Shown piece by piece: positions 50,108 through 60,548 of a DNA stretch of 64,000 nt. The number at the start of each line of letters is the position of its first letter. Within the stretch, counting starts at the first letter, position 1. The notes under the pieces were generated by a model. The model saw only the letters and a program-made list of their open reading frames with translations. It had not been told where the DNA came from and ran no database searches. Both the position numbers and the translations under genes were made by a program. This DNA is from Bacteroidia bacterium (lineage in GTDB: Bacteria; Bacteroidota; Bacteroidia; Bacteroidales; CAJPTX01). The stretch is from positions 1,522 to 65,521 of the forward strand of contig JABCPG020000005.1 of NCBI GenBank assembly GCA_013333195.2, in the 5' to 3' direction.

Positions 50108-51775
50108 CTAAAATAGCCCCGTTATATTACCATCATCGTCAATATCAATTTTTTCAGACGATGGTATCTCTGGCAGACCGGGCATCCGCATAATTTCCCC
50201 CGTAATAGGAATTATAAAGCCAGCCCCTGCCGCAATCTCTATACTCCGTACCGTCACCACGAAATCCTTCGGCCTCCCGAGCAGCTTTGGGTTGTCCGAC
50301 AACGACTTTTGCGTCTTGGCCATACACACCGGCAACTTGTCTAACCCAAGCTCATACACCGTCTTCAAATCCTTCTTGGCTGCCGCTGTGTAATCGATAT
50401 GCACCGCGCCATACACCTGCGTAGCTATCGTCTCTATCTTCTTCTCCGGCGTCCACTCCCAATCGTAGAGGGGCGTGAACTCGCTGGTGCAATGCTCAGC
50501 CACATTGACCACCAACTCCCCGAGCTTCAGCGCGCCCTTGCCACCTTCTCCCCACACATTCACCACCTCCACCGGCACGCCCAGCTCGGCGCACGTCTCG
50601 CGGATAACCTGCAGCTCCTCCTCGGTATCGCTCGTGAAACGATTCATCGCCACCACCGGGCAAATACCGAAAAGCCCCATGTTCTCCACATGCTTTTGCA
50701 GGTTCGAAATCCCTTTTTTCAACGCAGGAACATTAGAGGTCGAAAGCTCCTTTAGCGACGCACCCCCATGGTACTTCAACGCCCGCACCGTGGCCACTAG
50801 CACCACCGCATCCGGGCGTAGGCCTGCCGACTTACACTTTATATCCATGAACTTTTCAGCCCCTAGGTCGAAGCCAAAACCAGCCTCCGTCACCACAAAA
50901 TCGCTATGCGACATCGCCATCTTCGTAGCAATCACAGAGTTCGTCCCTTGCGCTATATTGGCGAATGGCCCCCCATGGATTATTGCCGGTGTATTCTCTA
51001 TTGTCTGCACCAGGTTGGGGAGTATCGCATCTTTGAGCAGCGCGGCCATGGCGCCCTCCGCGTGCAAATCCCGCGCGTACACCGGATTCTTATCGTAGGT
51101 AAATCCCACAAATATATTACCAAGCCGTTGCTTTAAATCGCTTATACTCTCCGCGAGGCAGAGGATTGCCATAATCTCGGAAGCGGCAGTAATGTCAAAA
51201 CCCGTTTCGCGTGGTATTCCTGACCCCGTGCCCCCAAGCCCTACAATCACATGCCGTAGCGAACGATCATTCATATCCATAACCCGTTTCCAGCTCACCG
51301 TGCGGGGATCTATTCCCAATGAACGGGTCGTGCTTTGGATATTATTGTCGATAAGCGCCGCCAGCAGATTATGCGCCTTCTCTATGGCTGAAAAATCACC
51401 AGTGAAATGGAGATTTATATCCTCCATCGGCAGCACCTGCGAGTAGCCACCGCCCGTTGCTCCGCCTTTAACGCCAAACACCGGACCCAGCGAAGGTTCG
51501 CGAAGAACCACCGTTGTCTTCTTCCCCAGCTGATTCATCGCCTGCGAAAGCCCTATTGACACCGTCGTCTTGCCCTCCCCGGCGGGTGTCGGCGATATCG
51601 CCGACACTAGTATGAGCTTTGCCTTCCGCAACTTCTTGGAATCCAAAAAACGCAACGGGATTTTTGCCTTATATTTGCCGTACTGAATTATATCATCACC
51701 AGCAATGCCAAGCCTCTCCGCTATCTCTGTAATCGGTTTCATCTTTGCGCCGTGCGCAATCTCCATATCTGTCAT
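50108..51775 (-). CDS. fhs: Formate--tetrahydrofolate ligase
   Basis: 555 aa with PTPAGEGKTT (P-loop of FTHFS) and VATVRALKYHGG. Confidence 0.96.
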   Translation of the reverse strand: MTDMEIAHGAKMKPITEIAERLGIAGDDIIQYGKYKAKIPLRFLDSKKLRKAKLILVSAISPTPAGEGKTTVSIGLSQAMNQLGKKTTVVLREPSLGPVFGVKGGATGGGYSQVLPMEDINLHFTGDFSAIEKAHNLLAALIDNNIQSTTRSLGIDPRTVSWKRVMDMNDRSLRHVIVGLGGTGSGIPRETGFDITAASEIMAILCLAESISDLKQRLGNIFVGFTYDKNPVYARDLHAEGAMAALLKDAILPNLVQTIENTPAIIHGGPFANIAQGTNSVIATKMAMSHSDFVVTEAGFGFDLGAEKFMDIKCKSAGLRPDAVVLVATVRALKYHGGASLKELSTSNVPALKKGISNLQKHVENMGLFGICPVVAMNRFTSDTEEELQVIRETCAELGVPVEVVNVWGEGGKGALKLGELVVNVAEHCTSEFTPLYDWEWTPEKKIETIATQVYGAVHIDYTAAAKKDLKTVYELGLDKLPVCMAKTQKSLSDNPKLLGRPKDFVVTVRSIEIAAGAGFIIPITGEIMRMPGLPEIPSSEKIDIDDDGNITGLF

Positions 51776-51794
51776 ACAACTAGTTAACTTTTAA

Positions 51795-52859
51795 ATGAAC
51801 ACCATGCATCTACCGTTCCCTGTTCCCACGAACATCCCCCAAAGCCTACGCCACACCCTCCACCCTGCTAAACGTATTCAACTAAAAAAAGTTTTAGCAG
51901 CGCTCGCATTGCTGCTACTTTTGAACCCTTTCACCGCGTGCCGTAGAGACGTTCCCCCCAGCCAATGGCGCGAAACGCTTCGTCTCGCGCGGCTCGACCA
52001 CCTACTTATGCGTGAAGGGGGAGGCGAGGGGATCATGGCCACCGACAGCGCCTTCGGTACGCTTTGGTGTAGGCTTTTACACTTTGAAGGCTCAGAGCGC
52101 TTCGCCGCTTATCTCAACGCCTTCGCGGCCGATTCCTCCATGCAGTCACTCCAGGATTCCATCGAGTACGCCTTTCCCGTCGGTAGCGAACCCGCAAAAC
52201 CTCTCGAAGAAGGTTTTGCATGGCTTCATAGCCACATGCCATCCATCGATATCCCGCGCATATACTTCATCAATGGGGGCTTTAATGCTCCCTGCATGAT
52301 GGATACCTCCATGCTCGGCATCGCCCTCGACTGCTTTCTCGGGCAGAATAGCTCCTACTACGAAAAGCTACAGGTCCCGCAGTACATCCGTAGGAATATG
52401 TCTCCAGCCCGCGTTGCACCCGCTGCCATCATCGGATGGCTGGACGAAATGTATACCCCCTCCGTCAGCTTGCGCACGGTTCTCGATTTCATGCTCTACC
52501 AGGGAAAACTGCTCTACATCGCGCGGCAGGCCCTCCCAAAACTCGCGGAAAGCGTAGTCCTAGGCTTCTCCAAGGAGGAAATCGCATGGCTCGAAAAGAA
52601 CGAAGCCAACATGTGGCAATACCTTTCCGAAAAAAATGTTCTTTTTGATACAAACCCTTTAATCATCAATCAATTCACAGGTCCAGCCCCATTCACACGT
52701 GCCTTTGGCAACGATTCTCCCGGCCGAGCCGCTGCCTGGCTAGGATACCGCATCATCGAGAGTTATTGCAATGCGAATCGCTCCACCCCCATTGAACGCC
52801 TATATTTCAGCACCAACGCGCAGCAAATCTTGGGCAACGCCAAGTACAATCCAAAGTAG
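51795..52859 (+). CDS. Lipoprotein, GldB-like (gliding-motility-associated) / DUF2268-like
   Basis: 354 aa with a lipoprotein signal (LLLNPFTAC). The size and the segment LDCFLGQNSSYYEKLQVPQYIRRNM resemble GldB-family proteins from memory. This was not verified. Confidence 0.45.
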   Translation: MNTMHLPFPVPTNIPQSLRHTLHPAKRIQLKKVLAALALLLLLNPFTACRRDVPPSQWRETLRLARLDHLLMREGGGEGIMATDSAFGTLWCRLLHFEGSERFAAYLNAFAADSSMQSLQDSIEYAFPVGSEPAKPLEEGFAWLHSHMPSIDIPRIYFINGGFNAPCMMDTSMLGIALDCFLGQNSSYYEKLQVPQYIRRNMSPARVAPAAIIGWLDEMYTPSVSLRTVLDFMLYQGKLLYIARQALPKLAESVVLGFSKEEIAWLEKNEANMWQYLSEKNVLFDTNPLIINQFTGPAPFTRAFGNDSPGRAAAWLGYRIIESYCNANRSTPIERLYFSTNAQQILGNAKYNPK

Positions 52860-53069
52860 GATTCACTAACTCACCCCATAAAAGGTCGCATATGCGCATT
52901 CAAGCTCTCTGCAAACTGAGCAACTCGGCATCATGACGAACAGCACTACAGAACCCGCGGTACAGCGCGTACCGGCCATGGGTCCTCCAGCCCTTACGTC
53001 TGGACGCACGTTGCGGAACAATCGCAAGTTCCTCCATTCCTCCCTCTCGCGCCTATTAACCTTCTACCC

Positions 53070-54662
53070 ATGATTAAACGATTCGCCATTCAAATCCGTT
53101 CCTTTTTTGCCGAGAATGGGATTAGAGTACCTCTATTTCTGCTAGCCGCTGCATTGCTTTGGCTCGTCCCCGAATTCCTAAACTTCGCCTCTTTCCGTTG
53201 GTTTCGTCCGCGCGCCGCCATCAGCTTCCTCCTCTCTTTTTCCGCCTTCCTTCTCCTTGCGTACTATCTACGCACCATTCTCGCCAAAGTGATTGCCTTC
53301 CTGTTTTTAGCGCTGGTCTCCGTAAACATGGGACTACTCACAGCATGTCTCTACCTATGGCAAAGCGATTTCACCGTATCGGAATTCCTCGCGCTCACGC
53401 ACACATCACCAGGAGAAATACGCACCATGGCGCCCGCCATAATGCCCTACGTGGGGGTCGCCCTAAGCTTTTTTATAATAGCCTGCACACTTCTCGTCTG
53501 GGGCCATCGGGTAATCCGCGCCGCCAAGCGCAGAGAGATAGTTAAACGAGTGGGATTCATAACCCTTACCCTCACCCTTTGCATCACGCTCATCGGTTGC
53601 CCCATCCTGAGCCTACTCCATAGGGACTCAAGGACAGCCGAAAGGGTTTGGCATACCACGCCCCTCTACTTTTTTGCCGCCGTGAACGAGGGTATAAATA
53701 TACAAATCCGTTTGCGGCAGGTGCAAAAATATAGCTCTACAATCCAGGCACCAACTGTACTCCCCAACAGCACTCGCAACGTAGTAGTCATCCTCGGCGA
53801 AAGCGCCCGGCGCGATGCCCTTTCCCTTTACGGCCAGCAATACGCTACCACACCCATTATCGACGCGCAAATCGATAACCTACTCATCTACGACAGCGCC
53901 GTCGCCTGCGCGCCCCATACTCTCTACGCCATCCCCCCCATGCTCTGCTCCGCGCTGCCCAGCACCTCCTTCAATCCACGCGATATGGCCAACAACGTCA
54001 TCCATCTGGCCAATCTATCCAATATCTGGACCACCTACTGGATCTCCAACCAAGGAAAATATGGGGTTCACGATTCTGAAAACGGCATAATCGCCGGGTT
54101 CTCCAAACGGCAGCACTGGATGCTCCCCACCTACCAACACGACGGGGTGCTACTCCCATTTCTCGACTCCGCGCTACACGATGACAGTCCCAAAAGACTG
54201 ATATTCATCCATCTGGCCGGCAGCCACACCCCAGCCCATGATCGTTTCCCAAAGCAGTTTGCTCGCTTTACGCTTACTGATCAGGAACTCGCCGATTACC
54301 TTAACAGCGTGCTGTACACCGACTACATCATCGGGGAAATTTATCACCGGCTGGAAGATTCACCTTCCATCGTTATCTACCTCTCCGACCACGGCCAATC
54401 GCGCATCAACGGGCATTTCCTACATCACTGGAGCAAAAAAGGCGTGGATGTCCCCCTATTCATTTGGCATAGCCAAAGCGTCGACTCTACCTTCAAGCGC
54501 CACGGGCATATACAGCAACCCACCTCCACCAGCGATCTTTTCGAATTGCTTAAATTTTATCTCGGAATTCAAACTCTCGACCGCAAACCGGACAACACCG
54601 ACCTCACGGTGTGCGAACCCGACAACGCAACCACCTACCGCCAGCTCCCGGAGGGTAACTAG
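53070..54662 (+). CDS. Phosphoethanolamine transferase (EptA/sulfatase-family, lipid A/LOS modifying type)
   Basis: 530 aa with about five N-terminal TM helices, then a sulfatase-fold domain with VVVILGESARRD, HLAGSHTP and YLSDHGQS. Confidence 0.85.
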   Translation: MIKRFAIQIRSFFAENGIRVPLFLLAAALLWLVPEFLNFASFRWFRPRAAISFLLSFSAFLLLAYYLRTILAKVIAFLFLALVSVNMGLLTACLYLWQSDFTVSEFLALTHTSPGEIRTMAPAIMPYVGVALSFFIIACTLLVWGHRVIRAAKRREIVKRVGFITLTLTLCITLIGCPILSLLHRDSRTAERVWHTTPLYFFAAVNEGINIQIRLRQVQKYSSTIQAPTVLPNSTRNVVVILGESARRDALSLYGQQYATTPIIDAQIDNLLIYDSAVACAPHTLYAIPPMLCSALPSTSFNPRDMANNVIHLANLSNIWTTYWISNQGKYGVHDSENGIIAGFSKRQHWMLPTYQHDGVLLPFLDSALHDDSPKRLIFIHLAGSHTPAHDRFPKQFARFTLTDQELADYLNSVLYTDYIIGEIYHRLEDSPSIVIYLSDHGQSRINGHFLHHWSKKGVDVPLFIWHSQSVDSTFKRHGHIQQPTSTSDLFELLKFYLGIQTLDRKPDNTDLTVCEPDNATTYRQLPEGN

Positions 54663-54805
54663 CCTAAGTGAAGCTTAAAAAGCGTGCCCTGCAAAGCTAA
54701 CGCCCTGAAGGGGGCTAAGCCCCAACGATTCTTTCCGAATGGGCCTCCGGTAGGGTAGCCGTACTTTTCCCAAGCCAACCGATTCACACAACTCAGGATA
54801 CCCAA

Positions 54806-55489
54806 CTACCGAGGGGCTTCAAACAAACGCGCATCAATCGGCTCATTTATGAGTATCTTCTCCGCTTTCATCGTGACCGTCGCAATGCCTTGCTTGAACT
54901 TCATCTTGAAAGGAACCATTACGCCGGACACCTTACGGTAGTCCAAAAACGTTACTTTCAAATTATCTTCATTCACCAACCCGCGCAGCAACCCGGTATC
55001 TTTTGATAGATATATTGTTTCTTTATCCTCCCCCAACTTGACTACCCAGCACTGCTCATCCCCATATTTTTCTTCGCCCAGCAAGCGCGCTTTCCCAGCT
55101 TCCCAAGCGGGTATTCCAAAAGGAAAAGGTTGATTTAGCGCGCTATCTACCGCGCTGCGCTTCATAGGTTTCACAACCATTTTTCCCTCTTTCCCGCTAG
55201 CCTTCCATCCCCCCGTGTCCCTCGCGCATTCGATCATCCACCCCACAAAAGGAGCCTTCACCTTGAGGTAGTATGCCTTTCCTGTCTCTACGTACGTCGT
55301 GATGGGGATCGACATGAAAAATGTTTTCGCCACTTGCTCCATATACCAACTCTTCATACTCGACGCATCACCCATGGCTCGGGCGCTCGCGGCTAAAATG
55401 CTTTCTACATCCTGCCCCCAGCATACCGTGCAGCGCATCGCCAAAGCAATAGCCGCAACCCATACCAACACACCCTTTCTTGCAAACAT
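54806..55489 (-). CDS. Secreted hypothetical protein, LolA-like / lipoprotein-sorting-fold candidate
   Basis: 227 aa with a signal peptide and a beta-rich composition. Its resemblance to outer-membrane lipoprotein-sorting (LolA-like) domain proteins is only an impression. Confidence 0.45.
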   Translation of the reverse strand: MFARKGVLVWVAAIALAMRCTVCWGQDVESILAASARAMGDASSMKSWYMEQVAKTFFMSIPITTYVETGKAYYLKVKAPFVGWMIECARDTGGWKASGKEGKMVVKPMKRSAVDSALNQPFPFGIPAWEAGKARLLGEEKYGDEQCWVVKLGEDKETIYLSKDTGLLRGLVNEDNLKVTFLDYRKVSGVMVPFKMKFKQGIATVTMKAEKILINEPIDARLFEAPR

Positions 55490-55510
55490 ATTTTTTCCTT
55501 CTCACCGAGC

Positions 55511-55792
55511 CTACTCCGACCTTCCCTCCTCTTGCTCCCTCTGCGCCGCATCCAGCTGCCGACGCTTTAATGCAAAAAAATCATCGAGCGCCATCTGCAG
55601 CAACTCCTCCGGCTTACAACGCTGGTAGCTCGCGAGCATTCGTAATTTCTCCACAGACTCTTCACTAATGGCGATACCGCTATCGCCCCCTAAGAACTGC
55701 TGCGACTCCGCATTTTTCGTATCGCTAAAATGCACCGTCTGCGATTGCAACGCGGTTTGTATATCCCTAATTGTCTGACGCTTCTTAGCCAT
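55511..55792 (-). CDS. Small acidic protein translationally coupled to the ParA-family gene (possible partner/adaptor)
   Basis: 93 aa from the Met at 55792 (MAKKRQTIRD...). Its start overlaps the upstream gene's 3' end by 8 nt. It has a basic N-terminus and a helical, acidic C-terminus. It is not ParB-like. Confidence 0.5.
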   Translation of the reverse strand: MAKKRQTIRDIQTALQSQTVHFSDTKNAESQQFLGGDSGIAISEESVEKLRMLASYQRCKPEELLQMALDDFFALKRRQLDAAQREQEEGRSE

Positions 55793-56546
55793 TTCCCTGC
55801 CTCTCAATTTCTTTCGCCAACGCCCTATAATCCTCCGCGCCCCGGCTCTTCGGCGCGTACTCTAGTATCGACTGATGAAATGCTCCGCACTCCATCAGTG
55901 AAATATCCTGACGTATATACGTTTCATATAATCTATTCACCGTCAACTCATTCTCGGACAGACTCTTTATCACCGCCTTGCTGAAGTTAGTGCGCGGATC
56001 GAATTTCACGAAAAGTATTCCCCCCAACTCCAGCTTTGCGTTCATCCGCATTCGCACCTTTTTCGCCGTCTGCAATATCCTATCAAGCCCTATGAAAGCA
56101 AAATTTTCAGCCTGCATCGGCACAATGTACCGATCTGCGGCCACCAGGGAAGCCACCGAAAGCGTCCCTAGGCTCGGGGGGCAGTCAATCAACACGTAGT
56201 CAAAATCATTTTGCACCGGCTCTAAATGCTCTTTAATGAGGAACTCCCTCCCCGGCTCATTGTTGAGCTGCTGCTCGTAGGTAAGCAGCAATGGCGTAGA
56301 GGGTACTATCCACATTTTCTCGACCCTTCGCGCCGCCTCTTTAATCGAGCTGGTCCCATCGCATAAAAGGCCCGCGTGCTGCTCCGCATTGGCTACACCA
56401 AGGGCCGATGATAGGTTGCATTGGCTATCCATGTCTAGCAAGAGCACCCTTTTCCGCTTAGCAGCCAACGCAGCGCCCAAATTTATGGTAGTAGTGGTTT
56501 TACCTGTCCCCCCCTTGTTGTTAATGATTGATATAACCCGCGCCAT
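55785..56546 (-). CDS. ParA/Soj-family (deviant Walker A) ATPase
   Basis: 253 aa. The N-terminus ISIINNKGGTGKTTTTINLG is a deviant Walker A, and LLLDMDSQCNLS and DYVLIDCPPSLG are also present. Confidence 0.88.
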   Translation of the reverse strand: MARVISIINNKGGTGKTTTTINLGAALAAKRKRVLLLDMDSQCNLSSALGVANAEQHAGLLCDGTSSIKEAARRVEKMWIVPSTPLLLTYEQQLNNEPGREFLIKEHLEPVQNDFDYVLIDCPPSLGTLSVASLVAADRYIVPMQAENFAFIGLDRILQTAKKVRMRMNAKLELGGILFVKFDPRTNFSKAVIKSLSENELTVNRLYETYIRQDISLMECGAFHQSILEYAPKSRGAEDYRALAKEIERQGNG

Positions 56547-56895
56547 ACTACACCCCTATATTTTTATGCAACGAACAACGTCTCGAATTTTCCCCTCGCT
56601 CCTCACGCTTCCACGCGCTAAAGGTATGCATTATTTTTTAATCCTTCGCGTACGCTACAAAGCGCGCTGCACCTTTCAGCAGGAAACCACCCACACCAAA
56701 ACACGCCGCGAACGCCTATCCACCAATTAAGAAAAAATGGTGTTCGTGAGATTCACAGCATACATATTAACACTCATCAGTAGTACAATGTGATAGTGAA
56801 ACATACATACCTTTCAACGCTTTACGGTGGGCAGGCACGCATCAAATATTCTCTCCGTCAGGGATAGCCCGCGCGCTGCCAGCAGCATCCATCGC

Positions 56896-58245
56896 CTAGC
56901 GCTCGCTAAAATATCTCGTTACACGCTCCAACGCGCTGCTCTGCGCAAAAACCACAGCACGATCGCCAGCCTCAACCACAGTTTCCCCCGTGGCTATCAG
57001 CGATTTCCCATCATGCACTATCCCCCCCACAATAGCCCCCCGCGGAAAATTTAAATCCTTAAGACGGCCCCTGGTTACAGCCGCCCGCGGCTGCGCCACC
57101 AGCTCCAGCACCTCTGCATCTGTCCCCATAAGGCATCGCATATGCGTAATATCTCCACCCAGCGTGTATCTATATATACGCGCCGCCGCCACGAGCTTTT
57201 TATTCACCACATTATCTATACCCATGCGCATAGCCAAATTCATATACTCCAGATTTTCTACCTCCGCTATTATTTGCCTTACCCCCAGCTGCTTAGCCGC
57301 CATGCCCATCAGGATGTTCGTCTCCGAATTTCCCGTCACGGCCACAAAAGCATCCACGCTATCAAGCCCTTCACTCTGCAAAAATTTCACGTCGCGCCCA
57401 TCCCCATGCAGCAACAACGTTCTGGTAAAAAAAGGTTCCAGCTGCTTACATTTTTCCGCGTTGCTCTCTATCAGTTTTATGGACTTCACCCGATCCTCCA
57501 AATCCAAACACGTGCGGGCACCCATACGGCTCCCCCCCACCACCATCAGACGCTCTACCTGCTGCAACGACCCAACCACACGTTTACGCCATGCATCCAC
57601 ACCCTTTTGGTTGGCGATAACGTACACCACATCCCCATTCTGCAACTCGCAATCCCCATTCGGTATATGCGTATCCATGTCCCGAAGCAACGCTACCACC
57701 CGAAACGCCAACTCACCGAACGACTTATCCACCCGCTTTAGCGACATGCCGCAAAGACCCATATCCGACGTTATACGGAAGGAGGTCAATACCAACTTCC
57801 CATCAGAGAAATCAATGTATTCCCGCCCCCCCATCTCGCCAAGCATACTGATTATGGTTTGCGACGCCAATTTTTCAGGGTAAATCAGCGAATCGATACC
57901 CATTTCCCTAAACAAGGCTTGATTCTTTAATGACAGATACTCATTGTTGTCAATGCGCGCCACAACCTGTTTAGTCCCCATACGTTTCGCCAGCATCGCG
58001 CCGATAATATTGGTCTCCTCCGCGTGCGCCACCGCTACAAATAGGTCTGTTTTTTCCACGTGCGCAGATTTTAGCGTGGTGGGAGAGGTCACCGACCCCT
58101 GAAGCGTCACCACATCTGCCACCTCATGCAGCTGCTGCAAATTGCTCTCCTCAGGATCTATCGCCACAACGTCATGCTTCGCGTCCGAAAGCATCGTTGC
58201 TAAATGTGTACCCACCTCCCCAATTCCAGCCACTATAATTCGCAT
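56896..58245 (-). CDS. trkA: Trk system potassium uptake protein TrkA
   Basis: 449 aa with two RCK/NAD-binding halves (MRIIVAGIGEVGTHLA and LMVVGGSRMGARTC). Confidence 0.93.
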   Translation of the reverse strand: MRIIVAGIGEVGTHLATMLSDAKHDVVAIDPEESNLQQLHEVADVVTLQGSVTSPTTLKSAHVEKTDLFVAVAHAEETNIIGAMLAKRMGTKQVVARIDNNEYLSLKNQALFREMGIDSLIYPEKLASQTIISMLGEMGGREYIDFSDGKLVLTSFRITSDMGLCGMSLKRVDKSFGELAFRVVALLRDMDTHIPNGDCELQNGDVVYVIANQKGVDAWRKRVVGSLQQVERLMVVGGSRMGARTCLDLEDRVKSIKLIESNAEKCKQLEPFFTRTLLLHGDGRDVKFLQSEGLDSVDAFVAVTGNSETNILMGMAAKQLGVRQIIAEVENLEYMNLAMRMGIDNVVNKKLVAAARIYRYTLGGDITHMRCLMGTDAEVLELVAQPRAAVTRGRLKDLNFPRGAIVGGIVHDGKSLIATGETVVEAGDRAVVFAQSSALERVTRYFSER

Positions 58246-58566
58246 TATCTTCCTTTCCCTTTCTTCCTAACCGATTGATTGCAAAATAACCTTTTTGTCG
58301 ACAACTCAACAGAAACTTTAGCGTGGAGCGCGAAGTAAGTTCTTTTTTTCGGCGCCACCCAAATAGATTCACAATGCCATGCGTAGAAAATAAAATAGCA
58401 ATGCCTCATCATCAAATGATGCACCATTCTACCGTAAAATGAAAAAATATTAAATATTACGCAAAAATATTTCGAGTGGCAATTCTCTTAAAGCATCCAT
58501 CCCTGTAGTTCCGCACCATCCTATCCCAGCAAACCTACTACTTATATCCTATCTAATAGGCACCAA

Positions 58567-58616
58567 ATTCGCATCAAAGTTGGTTTTCTTCGGGAAAAAC
58601 CAACTTTGATGCGAAT
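58567..58616. repeat. Palindromic repeat element, copy B
   Basis: ATTCGCATCAAAGTTGGTTTTC-ttcggg-AAAAACCAACTTTGATGCGAAT forms a roughly 22-bp stem. The arm sequence is the same as copy A at 32421-32468. Confidence 0.85.
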
Positions 58617-58709
58617 TGTGTCCCTCATTGAATGCTCTTTACCTCCATTATGCCACACAATGAGAGCCAAGTACCGACACGCATTGCGCCGACATAGAGC
58701 CAGCAGCTA

Positions 58710-58717
58710 TAATTTTG
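58710..58717 (+). promoter_or_regulatory. Bacteroidota -7 promoter box (TAnnTTTG)
   Basis: TAATTTTG lies 36 nt upstream of the ATG at 58753. This supports the trimmed start of the next gene. Confidence 0.45.
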
Positions 58718-58752
58718 CAGCATCAGTGAAAATCAACGATTTTACAGTAAAT

Positions 58753-59379
58753 ATGGGACACTATAAATTGCAGCGGCCCTCCTGGAATCCACGTGGCCAA
58801 GAAATAAAGTACGTAGTCAAGGAAAGAATCCTTACGCGGGGTTGGCCAAAAACGTACCACGACGCCAAAACGTTGAAGCAACAAAGGCAGAGGGGAAGGG
58901 TGGAGCAACTAAACCTATTCCTACCCAAGCTAAAATCCCTCCTTGCTCTTGGGTATAGCAGAGGAAATAAACCCAACGGTCGCGCGGTCGGAAGCTACCA
59001 AATGGCATTCAGCCAGGCGCTCCACGACTGCTTTCCACGAGATGGAATGGGGAACTCCATCCAAATGGAAAACCTTCGACTCACGGATGGAAATGCTAAC
59101 CTCCCAACAGGGCTGCTCATAAAATCGAATAATGGCATAATAGTTATTTCATGGGAACGAATAGTAGTACAAATAAATAGAATAATACTATTCGCAGCTA
59201 GAAATACAAAAAGTAAAGCGTGGTTCACGCAAAGCGTACACGTAGAATCCAACTGCAACAGTGCTGCCATCCGAATGCCGGAAAGCTGGCTCTCGCAAAA
59301 CATTGAATGTTGGACGGCCTTCCTACCAGAGGGTAGTAGGCTAAAAACAGCCACACAATACGTGCGCCTCACGTGCTAA
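58753..59379 (+). CDS. Hypothetical protein (Bacteroidota-type, possibly DUF6266-like)
   Basis: 208 aa from MGHYKLQRPSW. The longer ORF-track start at 58606 lies inside the palindromic repeat and upstream of the promoter box. The family assignment is a recollection only. Confidence 0.5.
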   Translation: MGHYKLQRPSWNPRGQEIKYVVKERILTRGWPKTYHDAKTLKQQRQRGRVEQLNLFLPKLKSLLALGYSRGNKPNGRAVGSYQMAFSQALHDCFPRDGMGNSIQMENLRLTDGNANLPTGLLIKSNNGIIVISWERIVVQINRIILFAARNTKSKAWFTQSVHVESNCNSAAIRMPESWLSQNIECWTAFLPEGSRLKTATQYVRLTC

Positions 59380-59566
59380 AATTCTGTAATAAAAATATTT
59401 AATAGCATGTAACAATTCCAGAGAACCCGTTTGATTGGCTACAACATTAGCCGCACAGCGCGCTCACAGGTACAGTAAGGCTGCACCCCTCAGCGTACGG
59501 CATCGCCCCCATAGCTACGAGCGCAAAAATTGGTAACTTCGCGTAGGGGAAATCAACCATTCCGAA

Positions 59567-60535
59567 ATGCACATAGAACAGCACATCAAGGAAATTCTTA
59601 GGCAAAACGCTTTCGTAGCCATCCCGGGAGTGGGAAGCTTTCACCGCGTATACAACCCAGCGTATGTAGAAACAGACAGTAACACCATTTTCCCCCCTTC
59701 CTACACCATCCTCTTCGATTCGCAAAGAACATTCGATGATGGTGCTATGGCTAGCTACATTGCTAATACCTTTGGCGCCAGCGCGCACGATGCCGAATGC
59801 TGCGTGCAGGAATGGGTATCAACGGTCGAAGCACGACTGGCCTCGAAAGAAACCATATATTTCGATGGCCTCGGCTCGCTCAGCAATTCTGGCGATTCTC
59901 TCACCTTCGCCCCCTTACCCCAAGATGAGCTCGCCACAATTTACTATGGGCTTACCCCATTACCCCTACCAAGTAAAATATTACATACGAAGAGCAAAAA
60001 AAATATAAAAAGGAAACGCTACGCAATAGTTATTCCAATTGCGCTAACCCTGGCCTGCGCAGGCGGGTATGCCGCTTACCAGTTCCTCGATTGGCCCTAC
60101 ATCATATCCCTATGGCCCTGGAACAAGGGGTCAAACATGCACACCGCCTCTAGCACCCCTCCCACCAATGCTTCGGCCATGCCAATCACCACACCCACGA
60201 AGGCTATCGACTCTGTAGTAGCCCCCTCCACGACCCAAGCTGCACTCACCCTCGTTGACAGCACGCTACACCAACGCAATGCCCTGCAACCTGTAGAGAA
60301 TAGCATTACCTACTACATCGTGGCTGGAAGCTTCAGAAGCAGTGAAAATGCGCAAAAACAGATTAGAGAGCTTCTAAGTATGGGCTTTAAAGACCCAAAA
60401 ATTCGTAGAGAAAATGAATTCTACCAAGTTTACATTGCCTACTACACAAGCCTTCCCCTTGCGCAAGCGAAGCTCAACGAATTATGGAATCAGCATGGAG
60501 AACAATTCTGCTTCCTCAAAAGGGTAAAACAGTAG
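59567..60535 (+). CDS. SPOR-domain protein with an HU-like (HU-CCDC81-type) N-terminal domain
   Basis: 322 aa. The N-terminus reads IKEILRQNAFVAIPGVGSF..., followed by a central TM. The C-terminus YYIVAGSFRSSENAQKQIRELLSMGFKDPKI..EFYQVYIAYYTSLPLAQAKL is a SPOR fold pattern. Confidence 0.75.
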   Translation: MHIEQHIKEILRQNAFVAIPGVGSFHRVYNPAYVETDSNTIFPPSYTILFDSQRTFDDGAMASYIANTFGASAHDAECCVQEWVSTVEARLASKETIYFDGLGSLSNSGDSLTFAPLPQDELATIYYGLTPLPLPSKILHTKSKKNIKRKRYAIVIPIALTLACAGGYAAYQFLDWPYIISLWPWNKGSNMHTASSTPPTNASAMPITTPTKAIDSVVAPSTTQAALTLVDSTLHQRNALQPVENSITYYIVAGSFRSSENAQKQIRELLSMGFKDPKIRRENEFYQVYIAYYTSLPLAQAKLNELWNQHGEQFCFLKRVKQ

Positions 60536-60548
60536 AGCTAAAAGGGAG

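Noticed and set aside
52933-53073. 46-aa ORF (MTNSTTEPAVQRVP...) ending in an ATGA overlap with the phosphoethanolamine transferase start.
   Set aside because: It has no motif or hydrophobic segment and lies below any reasonable evidence threshold. It could be a leader peptide but is unsupported.
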